A DNA stretch of 63,793 nt, the filler included, from Octopus bimaculoides (taxonomy: Eukaryota): the NCBI RefSeq assembly GCF_001194135.2. It is 9 parts of 9 records of this genome, joined end to end, with 100 filler letters (N's around TTAATTAATTAA, not from the genome) between each part and the next. Parts side by side here need not be neighbours in the genome. Positions count along the whole stretch, not along the records: positions 24,256 to 35,400 come from NC_068994.1; positions 35,501 to 43,012 come from NW_026357505.1; 7 more parts are not named here. One strand, 5' to 3'. Below the pieces are notes generated by a model. The model had not been told where the DNA came from, did no database searches, and saw only the letters and a list, made by a program, of their open reading frames with translations. Each line of letters begins with the position of its first letter. The first letter of the stretch is position 1. The translations under genes and the position numbers were made by a program. This document shows, piece after piece, positions 26,988 through 39,383 of this stretch.

Positions 26988-27585
26988 GTACACGCACACG
27001 CGCACGCACACGCACACGCACACACACACACACACANNNNNNNNNNNNNNNNNNNNNNNNNNNNNNNNNNNNNNNNNNNNNNNNNNNNNNNNNNNNNNNN
27101 NNNNNNNNNNNNNNNNNNNNNNNNNNNNNNNNNNNNNNNNNNNNNNNNNNNNNNNNNNNNNNNNNNNNNNNNNNNNNNNNNNNNNNNNNNNNNNNNNNNN
27201 NNNNNNNNNNNNNNNNNNNNNNNNNNNNNNNNNNNNNNNNNNNNNNNNNNNNNNNNNNNNNNNNNNNNNNNNNNNNNNNNNNNNNNNNNNNNNNNNNNNN
27301 NNNNNNNNNNNNNNNNNNNNNNNNNNNNNNNNNNNNNNNNNNNNNNNNNNNNNNNNNNNNNNNNNNNNNNNNNNNNNNNNNNNNNNNNNNNNNNNNNNNN
27401 NNNNNNNNNNNNNNNNNNNNNNNNNNNNNNNNNNNNNNNNNNNNNNNNNNNNNNNNNNNNNNNNNNNNNNNNNNNNNNNNNNNNNNNNNNNNNNNNNNNN
27501 NNNNNNNNNNNNNNNNNNNNNNNNNNNNNNNNNNNNNNNNNNNNNNNNNNNNNNNNNNNNNNNNNNNNNNNNNNNNNNNNNNNNN

Positions 27586-28400
27586 ATTCTTGACGTCACG
27601 GAGACAGGAAGACTCGTTTTTGTTTCGTTTTTGCATATCCGTCATTGTTACCACTGATGTCAGGGGACAAGCGGGGTGGGGGGTGGGGTGAGGGACGGGT
27701 GTGAGGTGTTGATGATGGTGACGATGCCTCCCCCTCCCCGTCTTCTCCCACCAAACAATCACGTGCCAGATGAAAAAAGAACTTGACTCATAACACAGTG
27801 CTGGAGCCGGGAAGACACGACGAAGAAAGAAAACTACTTGGCACTTTTAATATTTCGAAAGATGACTTTTCCTAGATGGCATTGCCACTCTCTACTCTTA
27901 GTCTGCTGATACCACCACCCCTCTTCTCTGTCTACCTCTCTCTCCTCCTCCCCCTCTCGATGTTTTACCGTGAAATGGTGTTCCTAACACCCTCTTTCTC
28001 TCTCTCTCCAGTTTGTTATTGTTGTACAACTCCATTTCTTCCCATTTTTCTTTCTATAAATACATCTTAGTTTGGAACACGGACAATAGTCGGCTCCTTT
28101 ATTATGTTTTTATTTTTTCCCCTCATTTCCATTTCGTTTTGCTTGCTCTATGTACCTTTAACCATACACCCCTTGTTAATATAATATGATATAATATAAT
28201 AATATATGGCAATCTTTCGGGAAGAGTTTATGACGTCATGAGTGAGTGTATGACTTTGTCTTTTTGCTTGACAGAGCTGAACAGTCAAACACACACACAC
28301 ACACACATTCGCACTCGTGACTGACGTCATGTACTAATACCGAAACACTGCATACTTATAATACTATATATTCCAGAGATGTATTTACCGGGCACGTGAT
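27586..28400. promoter_or_regulatory. Candidate CRE/AP-1/E-box enhancer or promoter
   Basis: TGACGTCA at 27591, 28231 and 28322; TGACTCA at 27784; CACGTG at 27760 and 28393; locally GC-richer, not recognisably repeat-derived. Confidence 0.5.
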
Positions 28401-28976
28401 TTGATCTGAGAATCTGAGTTGAAACTAAAACAATTGGTTATTATATTAGCCATTCAGAAACAAACAAACTTAAACATTTATTATTTTGTGTCTAAAGAAA
28501 ACGTACACACGCACACATACACACACGCACACGCCCGCGCGGACACACACACACACACACACACACGTGTGTGTGCGCGCGCGTATAGTATGTATGTATA
28601 TATATATATGTATGTATGTGTGTATGTATGTATAGGCGCTGGAACGATTGTGAAGTTTGCTGTACAACCACGTTGTTTCAGGTTCAATCTCAGTTTGCAG
28701 CACCTTGGGCAAGGCTCTTTTTCTATAGCAGAAGACACTTGCTCAAGATGTCGCGCAGTGGGAAAAAACTTTGAAAAGCTTCACACTCTTAAGAGATACA
28801 TAACTATCTACATTTTCCCTGGGATGCATGAAAGACATAGCCTTCGTAGTAAGTCGAAACAATTTTTCATCAATTAAAATTTTATTCTTAATCGATCCAT
28901 CTATTTTCTTCGCTCTCTCTGCCTAGGAGAATCGTTGTGGGGCAGAATCCCTTAGCACTGCTTCCATAGGGTCCTA

Positions 28977-29351
28977 TCAGTTGTTGTTGTTGTTGGCACT
29001 CCGTCGCTTACGACGTCGAGGGTTCCAGTTGATCTGGCGATCAACGGAACAACCTGCTCGTGAAATTAACGTGCAAGTGGCTGAGCACTCCACAGACACG
29101 TGTACCCTTAACGTAGTACTCGGGGATATTCAGCGTGACACAGCGGGACAAAGCTGGCCCTTTGAATTACAGGCACAGCAGAAACAGGAAGTAAGAGTGA
29201 GAGAAAGTTGTGAAAGAGTACAGCAGGGTTCGCCACCATCCCCTGCCGGAGCCTCGTGGAACTTTTAGGTGTTTTCGCTCAATAAACACTCATAACGCCC
29301 TGTCTGGGAATCGAAACCGCGATCCTATGGTCGCAAGTCCGCTGCCTTAAA
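28977..29351 (-). mobile_element. tRNA-headed SINE (ttggcactccgtcg... family), head runs into gap
   Basis: gtgttttcgctcaataaacactc...ggaatcgaaaccgcgatcc head (reverse) and a (GTT)n tail. Confidence 0.8.
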
Positions 29352-29899
29352 NNNNNNNNNNNNNNNNNNNNNNNNNNNNNNNNNNNNNNNNNNNNNNNNN
29401 NNNNNNNNNNNNNNNNNNNNNNNNNNNNNNNNNNNNNNNNNNNNNNNNNNNNNNNNNNNNNNNNNNNNNNNNNNNNNNNNNNNNNNNNNNNNNNNNNNNN
29501 NNNNNNNNNNNNNNNNNNNNNNNNNNNNNNNNNNNNNNNNNNNNNNNNNNNNNNNNNNNNNNNNNNNNNNNNNNNNNNNNNNNNNNNNNNNNNNNNNNNN
29601 NNNNNNNNNNNNNNNNNNNNNNNNNNNNNNNNNNNNNNNNNNNNNNNNNNNNNNNNNNNNNNNNNNNNNNNNNNNNNNNNNNNNNNNNNNNNNNNNNNNN
29701 NNNNNNNNNNNNNNNNNNNNNNNNNNNNNNNNNNNNNNNNNNNNNGCGTTAACAATGAATTTTGTCTAAAACCGAACAACACCGACAAAAATAAAATTGA
29801 TTAAAAAGTTAAATGGAATTTGAATTTCGGAGTTGTTTCCCTTCTTCTGCTGAAACCGAAAATTATCGTCGCTAATGTACAATATACACACACGTGTAA

Positions 29900-30175
29900 G
29901 GCGGCGAGCTGGCAGAGACGTTAGCACGCCGGGCGAAATGCTTAGCGGTATTTCGTCTGCCGTTACGTTCTGAGTTCAAATTCCGCCGAGGTCGACTTTG
30001 CCTTTCATCCTTTCGGAGTCGATAAATTAAGTACCAGTTACGTACTGAGGTCGATGTAATCGACTTAGTCCCTTTGTCTGTCCTTGTTTGCCCCCTCTAT
30101 GTTTAGCCCTTTGTGGGTAGTAAAGAAACAAGAAACGTTAGCACGCCGGGCGAAATGCTTAGCGGTATTTCGTCT
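29900..30175 (+). mobile_element. SINE family 2, full length plus partial second head
   Basis: aaggcggcgagctggcagagacgttagcacgccgggcgaaatgc...; head repeated at 30134. Confidence 0.9.
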
Positions 30176-30322
30176 GGAAAATTATTGCTCTGCTTTACGA
30201 GCAACCACCAGGAACAAATTAACTCGTATATCGAGGTTTTACTATATTCACAAAATGAAACATGAAATTTTGAGAAAATTTTATGATATATATCAATATG
30301 TATGAATGCGCGTCGTAATCTA

Positions 30323-30617
30323 CAGGGTGTCCACAAGGTCAGGGTACATGGAGTAAATAAAATCGTAACATAAATAATTAAATATAAGGAATAATAATTT
30401 CTTAAAGTATGTGTTAATCTCCATGTGGGTACATGGAGTAAATAAAATCATAGCATAAACAATTAAATATAAGAAATAATTTCTTAAAGTATGTGTTAAT
30501 CCCTCATGTGGGTACATGGAGTAAATAAAATCATAACATAAGCAATTAAATACAAGAAATAATAATTTCTTAAAGTATGTGTTAATCCCCATGTACCCAG
30601 ACTTTGTGGACACCCTG
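30323..30617. mobile_element. Tc1/mariner-type MITE containing three ~84-bp tandem units
   Basis: TIRs cagggtgtccacaaggtcagggtacatgg / ccatgtacccagactttgtggacaccctg; TA on the left; units start at 30342, 30427 and 30510. Confidence 0.9.
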
Positions 30618-31042
30618 GATACTATCTGAAAGGCATTTGGGAAAAAATTCAATAAATATAACCATTTTGTTTTCTGAAAGTTACGAGGAAGCAAAGTCCG
30701 CTCGTGGGTCCCATTTGTGTATGTATGCCAGTGTTTGTAGTATAGCATGTCTTTCAATGTATCGAACGATGTACTGCGGTCTATTTTTGTCCTTTTACTA
30801 TTTGGGAAAATCCCTTCGTACTCTTGTCAGAATAATCTTCTATAGCGCTGTGGGTAAAGGGAGGCAACTCTTTTCTATTGGTTTCAGATTTGGAGCAAAT
30901 TTCGGATGAATTTGCTCAAATGCGTTGAACGTCAATTTTCTATCAGTTACATCTTTACATTGTGAGTGTACGTGTGTGTGAGTGTGTGTGTGTGTGTGTG
31001 TGTGCATGAGTGTGAGAGTGAGTGAGTGCATGTGTGAGTGTA

Positions 31043-31235
31043 TGACTTGTTTCAGTCATTTGACTGCGGCCATGCTGGAGCACCGCCTTTAGTCGAGCAA
31101 ATCAACCCCAGGGCTTATTCTTTGTAAGCCTAGTACTTATTCTATCGGTTTCTCTTTTGCCGAACCGCTAAGTTACGGGGACGTAAACACACCAGCATCG
31201 GTTGTCAAGCGATGTTGTGGGGGGGGGGGACAAAC
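31043..31235 (-). mobile_element. SINE family 1, 3' half
   Basis: Reverse complement of the family 1 tail. Confidence 0.85.
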
Positions 31236-31578
31236 ACAGACACACACACAAAAACCGGGTAACCGGCCTTATGAGCCTTAGGTCTCAACACAGTAAGGTG
31301 CGGACCAATATGTTCGGCGTCTTTTGGGTTACATTACATATACAGCAAATAAAGTGCACCAGGGGAGGCAATACATGTAAAGAAATTACTACGGAGTGAA
31401 TTCCCCTGACGACTTAGGCGTGTGGGAGAGTGGATTTTGAAAAGAGGTTTTTTGCAGAATTGTTTTCTTTTTTAGGACTTTTATTGAAAAGGTTTGTTTT
31501 AAGTCTAATTCTCACAGCGTGTAATGTTAGGTACCCATAATCATTATTTTGTTATTCTCATTTATTCTTATTTCCACC

Positions 31579-31745
31579 TGACTAACCTCTTTTTTTTTTT
31601 TTTCCCTATTTTCAGGTAAGTCTAAGGTACTTGTATTGCAAAGCTCCTTTTATCTGGGAAGCCATTGTCATGAGTAAAAAACATTGAGCTAAAATAAGGG
31701 AAGAAATGCAAACATCTGGCGACCATCTTGACGTATGAGGTAAGT
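31579..31745 (+). other. Candidate recursive splice site with 124-nt RS-exon (31616-31739)
   Basis: TGACTAAC branch point 31579-31586, pyrimidine tract to 31612 (one A), CAG 31613-31615 directly followed by GTAAGT; second donor GAG|GTAAGT at 31740; stops in all three frames of the exon. Confidence 0.6.
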
Positions 31746-31883
31746 CACTCTCTGAACAAAAATATGAACAAGGTCTTTGGGTTTAAGATTTTATTTGGGA
31801 CAAGCATTTTAATGGTTGGATGGTAGACACAGATAAAACAAATGCCAACAAGATATTCTAAATTATTTGGGAATACTTTTATT

Positions 31884-32097
31884 CTTTTAATCTTTTACTT
31901 GCTTCAGTCATTTGACTGCGGCCATGCTGGAGCACCGCCTTTTAGTCGAATCAAATTGACCCCAGGACTTATTCTTTGTAAGCCTAGTACTTATTCTATC
32001 GGGCTCTTTTGCCGAACCGCTAAGTTACGGGGGACCTAAACACACCAGCATCGGTTGTCAAGCGTTGATGGGAGGACAGACACACACACAAACATAT

Positions 32098-32139
<42 letters not shown>

Positions 32140-32295
32140 GATGGGCTTCTTTCAGTTTCTGTCTACCAAATCCACTTGCAGGGTTTTGGTCGGCCCGAGG
32201 TTATAGTAGAAGACACTTGCCCAAGGTGCCACACAGTGGGACTGAACCCGGAACCATGTGGTTGGTAAGCAAGCTACGTACCACACATCCACTCC
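31884..32295 (-). mobile_element. SINE family 1, full length
   Basis: Reverse complement family 1 match. Confidence 0.9.
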
Positions 32296-33692
32296 TATGC
32301 AAAAAAAAAAAAATGAAGAAAAAATCCTTTTTCTCCGTCTTGCCCTCTACGATTTTTGTTACATGTCCATGTTTTTTCTGTAGGCACCAACCAATATAAC
32401 ATTTCACAAAGACCATAGACTGTCTTCTTGGTCTTCTGACTTTTGAAAAAAACAAAACAAAAAAAAAAAACAAAAGTGGCTGTGGGAGGATATCTGTCTA
32501 TGTGCAACTCCAGTTGTGTGTATGTGGGGGTTTATGATTTCTTTTTCTCTTGTTCTTACAGCCTCATGTGCTTGCATAATAATCAAAATGCTAACCCAAA
32601 ATATCAAACGAGCAAGCAAGCACAAACGAGGCAAACCTCAGGATGTTGTTATACATAATGTTAATTTATAAGCCGGTCACAAGATGTGAAAGCAGTTTGA
32701 GATTTTGTTGCGAATGATGTTTGTGATGTGTAACTGGGTTGATAAATCAAGGCATTAAAAAAAAAAGATTCTCAAAACTCCACTGATTGTCATCATGACT
32801 TCAAGAAAGAAAGAAACCAGGATGTTATATCTTTTTTATCTTTCACTTTTTTCACTCATTGGACAGCAGCCATGCTGTGGCACGTTCAGGGTTTTAGTCA
32901 AACAAATCAACCTTGGTTTCTTTTGCCAAGCTGCTAAGTTACAGAGATGTAAACAAACCAGCACTGGTTGCCAAGTGGTGGCAGTGACATGCACACACTC
33001 AGACACACAGCCACTCACACATGCACACACACACGCGCACACGGACATTCACACATGTGTGTGTGTGCATGATGTGATCACATGAACGTATTGTTCATCT
33101 GCCTGCATCCGACTTGAATTTAATTTTTTTTTTTTTATTATTAACCTGGAAACAGTTCTCACAGCAAAAACTCTATATATTTGCTTATATGATGTAACAT
33201 ATCACACACACACAATGTATATATTTATTTGTGTGTGTGTGCGTTCTTGGTAAATGCTACCCAGCTGCATAAATGGTTGGGTGTGACAAGACATTATGGC
33301 TCTGACACATTCATGCTACTCTTACTACTACTACTACCACTACCACTTCTCATAGCTAATTACATCATTCCTTCTTTAAGCTGTTCTGCAGTTTCGTGCT
33401 TCCATGCATCATTATGTGTATCTGTGAGCTCGCACATTCTTGTGTGTGTGTGTGTATGCGTGGTATGTGTACTTTTCTGTGTACCCTTGTTTATATATAT
33501 GTCGTTGTGTGTTTGTATGAGCTTCTATATGTGTATCGTGTATTCATTTGTGCATATGTGTTTGTGTGTGTGTAAACTTTTGTATATGTATGCTTGTGTG
33601 TTAATCTTTATATCTGTATATATGCATGTTTGTGTGTGTGTGTGTGAGCCTTTGTATATGAATATTTCATTTTGTGTGCGTGTGTGTACTCT

Positions 33693-34077
33693 TTTTACTC
33701 TTTTACTTGTTTCAGTCATTTGACTGTGGCCATGCTGGAGCACCGCCTTTAGTCGAGCAAATCAACCCCAGGACTTATTCTATAGCCTAGTACTTATTCT
33801 ATCGGTCACTTTTTTGCTGAACCTCTAAGTTACGGGGACGTAAACACACCAGCATTGGTTGTCAAGCGATGGTGGGGGAACAAACACAGACACACAAACA
33901 CACACATATATATATATACATATATATATATATATGACGGGCTTCTGTCAATTTCCGTTTACCAAATCCACTCACAAGGCTTTGGTCGGCCTGAGGCTAT
34001 AGTAGAAGACATTTGCCCAAGGTGCCACGCAGTGGGACTGAACCCGGAACCATGTGGATGGTAGGCAAGCTACTTAC
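33693..34077 (-). mobile_element. SINE family 1, full length
   Basis: Reverse complement family 1 match. Confidence 0.9.
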
Positions 34078-34410
34078 CGTGTGTATATTATGTATGAGTG
34101 TGTCTCTATCCATGTTGGATCTCATGTATATAGATTTATGAGAGCTTTTATGTGTAATGAACAAATATGTAAACATAGTAATACACAGGTAGCTATATAC
34201 ATGTTTACAAAATACTAAGAAATGTTCCCACACAAGCAAATGTATACATGTTCACTTAAGCTAATAATTTGTGACACATACACACATGGGCAGTAATATG
34301 CCTACAGACTAACAAATGCACACACACACACACACACACACACTAACACACATACACTTGCACATTCGCTAACATATTCGTGCATAGACACATACCTGTG
34401 CATATACACA

Positions 34411-34521
34411 CATGCAGATACACTAACACACACACATGCAGATACACTAACACACACACATGCAGATACACTAACACACACGCATGCAGATACACTAACA
34501 CACACGCATGCAGATACACTA

Positions 34522-34564
<43 letters not shown>

Positions 34565-34590
34565 CAGATACACTAACACACACACACACA
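34411..34590. repeat. 24-bp minisatellite (catgcagatacactaacacacaca), about 6 units
   Basis: Direct reading; units are embedded in CA repeats. Confidence 0.9.
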
Positions 34591-34740
34591 CACTAAAATC
34601 ACTATCACATGTATACCTACAAACCCTCACAGGCACTAACACACACTTATATGCATTTACATGCACACATTCACACGCACACACACACACATACACATGA
34701 ACATGCACTAACAACCACATGCCTCCTTTTGTATGTATGT

Positions 34741-34777
<37 letters not shown>

Positions 34778-34787
34778 NNNNNNNNNN

Positions 34788-34832
<45 letters not shown>

Positions 34833-35285
34833 GTTAGAAAGATAAGTGAATTGATAGAATGTGAGAGAGAAAGAGAGAAGAGACGTGAAGAGAATCTAAG
34901 ATTTGTAGAGAAGATACAGGATGGAGCAGACATGCAGAAATCAAGATAACGCTCTGTGTGTGTGTGTGTGTGTGTGTGTGTTTAGTCTCTTTCTTTGCGT
35001 ACCTGTGCATACAAGATATCAGCTGGCAGTGCAAATGATTACGAAAAATCTGTTGGGGGAAAGTTTTTGATTTTTTATTCCTGATATCTTGATAGTTTGA
35101 TAAGAAAGATTACGTATTTCTGGGTTTAGCTTTTTAGGTCTGCATGATGGATGTTGATGTTTCTACTCTCTCGGCTCCAATCCAATGAGTAGTAGTAGAT
35201 CAAGGTTTTAGGAGAGATATAGTTGCACTTTGTGCCATAATATATCAGTGAGGGTGATGGTGTTTCCGTGACAGTTTAACTCTAA

Positions 35286-35400
35286 GTGATTGAGACCTTT
35301 CGTGATTGAGACCTTTCGTGATTGAGACCTTTCGTGATTGAGACCTTTCGTGATTGAGACCTTTCGTGATTGAGACCTTTCGTGATTGAGACCTTTCGTG
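35286..35400. repeat. Perfect 16-bp minisatellite (gtgattgagacctttc) x7.2, truncated by the scaffold end
   Basis: Direct reading; no mismatches between units. Confidence 0.95.
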
Positions 35401-37522
35401 NNNNNNNNNNNNNNNNNNNNNNNNNNNNNNNNNNNNNNNNNNNNTTAATTAATTAANNNNNNNNNNNNNNNNNNNNNNNNNNNNNNNNNNNNNNNNNNNN
35501 CAGACAGTCAGACAGATAGATAGATAGATAGATAGATAGAATACGAAAAAAACTTGGAAAATGAATTTGAATGAGATAGGTAAAGAAGCAGTCTACCAAA
35601 GACACGGAGAGAAGGGAGAGAGAGGGTGAGAGAGAGACAAAGAGAGACAGAAAGAGTGACAGAGGGACAAACAGACAGTCAGGCAGATAGATTTAATATT
35701 ATAGAAACTGGCGAAGTTATAAAATAAATTTGAATGAGACAGGTAAATGAAGAAACAAGCTACTAATGAGACGGAGAGAGAGGGGAGAGAGATAAAGGGG
35801 AGAGAGAGAAAGGGGAGAGAGACAGAGACAGAGACAGACAGACAGATAGACAGAGGAGTTGTTGAGTTGATGCAGTTAGGAGGAAGGTGAATTGGGAAGA
35901 AAAGAAAGACTGTATAACTGTGGTTTGAAAGTGAGAATGGTCGACATATGGAGAGAATGAGGCACAGAGAGAGAGAGTGGGGGGGAAGAAAGGGCAAGAT
36001 ATAGGGAAAATAAAACAGAAAGGAAAAAAGAAAGAAGACAAAGACCAAAGAATAATATGAATAATAAGACCTGCATAAACGAGTTGGAAGATCCAGCGAA
36101 GCTAGAGGCAGTAGCTAGCAAGAACGATAAAGATAAAGAGGGAAGGGCGGGGTTACGTGACGAAGGCAGGCAGAAAAGCGGTTCAGTGACCCATTGTGTC
36201 CGAAGGGGGCTATTAGATAAAATGACCGTGTTGATATCTGTGCGTCTAATTTTNNNNNNNNNNNNNNNNNNNNNNNNNNNNNNNNNNNNNNNNNNNNNNN
36301 NNNNNNNNNNNNNNNNNNNNNNNNNNNNNNNNNNNNNNNNNNNNNNNNNNNNNNNNNNNNNNNNNNNNNNNNNNNNNNNNNNNNNNNNNNNNNNNNNNNN
36401 NNNNNNNNNNNNNNNNNNNNNNNNNNNNNNNNNNNNNNNNNNNNNNNNNNNNNNNNNNNNNNNNNNNNNNNNNNNNNNNNNNNNNNNNNNNNNNNNNNNN
36501 NNNNNNNNNNNNNNNNNNNNNNNNNNNNNNNNNNNNNNNNNNNNNNNNNNNNNNNNNNNNNNNNNNNNNNNNNNNNNNNNNNNNNNNNNNNNNNNNNNNN
36601 NNNNNNNNNNNNNNNNNNNNNNNNNNNNNNNNNNNNNNNNNNNNNNNNNNNNNNNNNNNNNNNNNNNNNNNNNNNNNNNNNNNNNNNNNNNNNNNNNNNN
36701 NNNNNNNNNNNNNNNNNNNNNNNNNNNNNNNNNNNNNNNNNNNNNNNNNNNNNNNNNNNNNNNNNNNNNNNNNNNNNNNNNNNNNNNNNNNNNNNNNNNN
36801 NNNNNNNNNNNNNNNNNNNNNNNNNNNNNNNNNNNNNNNNNNNNNNNNNNNNNNNNNNNNNNNNNNNNNNNNNNNNNNNNNNNNNNNNNNNNNNNNNNNN
36901 NNNNNNNNNNNNNNNNNNNNNNNNNNNNNNNNNNNNNNNNNNNNNNNNNNNNNNNNNNNNNNNNNNNNNNNNNNNNNNNNNNNNNNNNNNNNNNNNNNNN
37001 NNNNNNNNNNNNNNNNNNNNNNNNNNNNNNNNNNNNNNNNNNNNNNNNNNNNNNNNNNNNNNNNNNNNNNNNNNNNNNNNNNNNNNNNNNNNNNNNNNNN
37101 NNNNNNNNNNNNNNNNNNNNNNNNNNNNNNNNNNNNNNNNNNNNNNNNNNNNNNNNNNNNNNNNNNNNNNNNNNNNNNNNCATCACCACCATCACCATCA
37201 CTACCACCACCACCACCACCATCACCACCACCACCGTCGTCACTGCAGCCGCTTAAAGTCAACAACTCAAGCAACAACGGCACCGCAAGCATCATAACCA
37301 CTAACACCAACACTAACGTCAACGTCACAACTACCACCACCAACGCCACCTCCATCCAACAACAGCAACAACAATGCTATCATCAACAACAACAACAACA
37401 ATGCTATCATCATCATCAACAACAACAACGTTATCAGCGACAAAAAATAACTGCCATATTGGGAAACACTACGTGACCGTAAGAGCTGTTAGAAAGAGCA
37501 GCCAGATCACATCTGTAAAAAT

Positions 37523-37557
<35 letters not shown>

Positions 37558-37597
37558 AGTATTTTTCTTTACTACTAATTATGAAATAAAATTCAAG

Positions 37598-37997
37598 GAG
37601 TGGTAAGTAGCTTGCTTACCAGCCACATGGTTCCGGGTTCATTCCCACTGCGTGGCACCTTGGGTAAGTGTCTTCTACTATAGCCTCGAGCCGACCAAAG
37701 CCTTGTGAGTGGATTTGATAGACGGAAACTGAAAGAAGCCTGTCGTATATATGCATATATATATATATATGTATATGTGTGTATATGTTTGTGTGTCTGT
37801 GTTTGTCCCCCACCCCAACATCGCTTGACAACCGATGGTGGTGTGTTTAGGTCCCCGTAACTTAGCGGTTCGGCAAAAGAGACCGATAGAATAAGTACTA
37901 GACATCCAAAGACTAAGTCCTGGGGTCGATTTACTCGACTAAAGGCGGTGCTCCAGCATGGCCACAGTCAAATGACTGAAACAAGTAAAAGAGTAAA
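37598..37997 (+). mobile_element. SINE family 1, full length
   Basis: Family 1 match. Confidence 0.9.
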
Positions 37998-38034
37998 AGA
38001 GAGTTCACAACAACAGTATATTGAATTCATTGAA

Positions 38035-38325
38035 GGCGGTGAGCTGGCAGAAACGTTAGCACGCCGGGCGAAGTGCTTAGCGGTATTTCGTCTGCCGTTA
38101 CGTTCTGAGTTCAAATTCCGCCGAGGTCGACTTTGCCTTTCATCCTTTCGGGAGCGATAAATTAAGTACCAGTTACGATGTAATCGACTTAATCCCTTTG
38201 TCTGTCCTTGTTTGTCCCCTCTATACTTAGCACCTTGTGGACAATAAAGAAATAAGAATCGTTAGTACGCCGGGCAAAATAATTAGCGGTGTTTCGTCTG
38301 CGTTTACGTTTTGAGTTCAAATTCT
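38035..38325 (+). mobile_element. SINE family 2 plus partial second copy
   Basis: Family 2 match. Confidence 0.9.
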
Positions 38326-38328
38326 GTC

Positions 38329-38493
38329 TTTAGTCGAGCAAATCGACCCCAGGACTTATTCTTTGTAAGCCTAGTACTTATTCTATCGGTCTCTTTAGCC
38401 GAACCGCTAAGTTCCGGGGACGTAAACACACCAGGATCGGTTGTCAAGCGATGTTAAGGGAACAAACACAGACACACAAACATATACACACAC

Positions 38494-38526
<33 letters not shown>

Positions 38527-38693
38527 ATATATATACGATGGGCTTCTTTCAGTTTTCCGTCTACCAAATCCACTCACAAAGCTTTGGTCGGCCCGAGGCT
38601 ATAGTAGAAGACACCAGCCCAAGGTGCCACGCAGTGGGACTGAACCCGGAACCATGTGGTTGGTAAGCAAGCTACTTACCACACAGCCACTCC
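38329..38693 (-). mobile_element. SINE family 1, 3'-truncated, inverted
   Basis: Reverse complement family 1 match. Confidence 0.9.
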
Positions 38694-39383
38694 TACGCCG
38701 ACAAAAGACATTTAATATACTTTGTAGCATATTATGGTTGCATAATGAAATACTGTGTGTCATTAATATTAGGGTTGAAAANNNNNNNNNNNNNNNNNNN
38801 NNNNNNNNNNNNNNNNNNNNNNNNNNNNNNNNNNNNNNNNNNNNNNNNNNNNNNNNNNNNNNNNNNNNNNNNNNNNNNNNNNNNNNNNNNNNNNNNNNNN
38901 NNNNNNNNNNNNNNNNNNNNNNNNNNNNNNNNNNNNNNNNNNNNNNNNNNNNNNNNNNNNNNNNNNNNNNNNNNNNNNNNNNNNNNNNNNNNNNNNNNNN
39001 NNNNNNNNNNNNNNNNNNNNNNNNNNNNNNNNNNNNNNNNNNNNNNNNNNNNNNNNNNNNNNNNNNNNNNNNNNNNNNNNNNNNNNNNNNNNNNNNNNNN
39101 NNNNNNNNNNNNNNNNNNNNNNNNNNNNNNNNNNNNNNNNNNNNNNNNNNNNNNNNNNNNNNNNNNNNNNNNNNNNNNNNNNNNNNNNNNNNNNNNNNNN
39201 NNNNNNNNNNNNNNNNNNNNNNNNNNNNNNNNNNNNNNNNNNNNNNNNNNNNNNNNNNNNNNNNNNNNNNNNNNNNNNNNNNNNNNNNNNNNNNNNNNNN
39301 NNNNNNNNNNNNNNNNNNNNNNNNNNNNNNNNNNNNNNNNNNNNNNNNNNNNNNNNNNNNNNNNNNNNNNNNNNNNNNNNNNN

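Noticed and set aside
30888-30920. Hairpin gagcaaatt-tcggatg-aatttgctc and short frame LEQISDEFAQMR*
   Set aside because: A 9-bp stem and a 13-codon frame are expected by chance in this much sequence.
35286-35400. 16-bp repeat as a CRISPR array
   Set aside because: No spacers, eukaryotic context, no cas genes.
36057-36253. 65-codon ORF MNNKTCINELEDPAK...
   Set aside because: No recognisable homology; follows a GA-rich low-complexity tract and ends at a gap.
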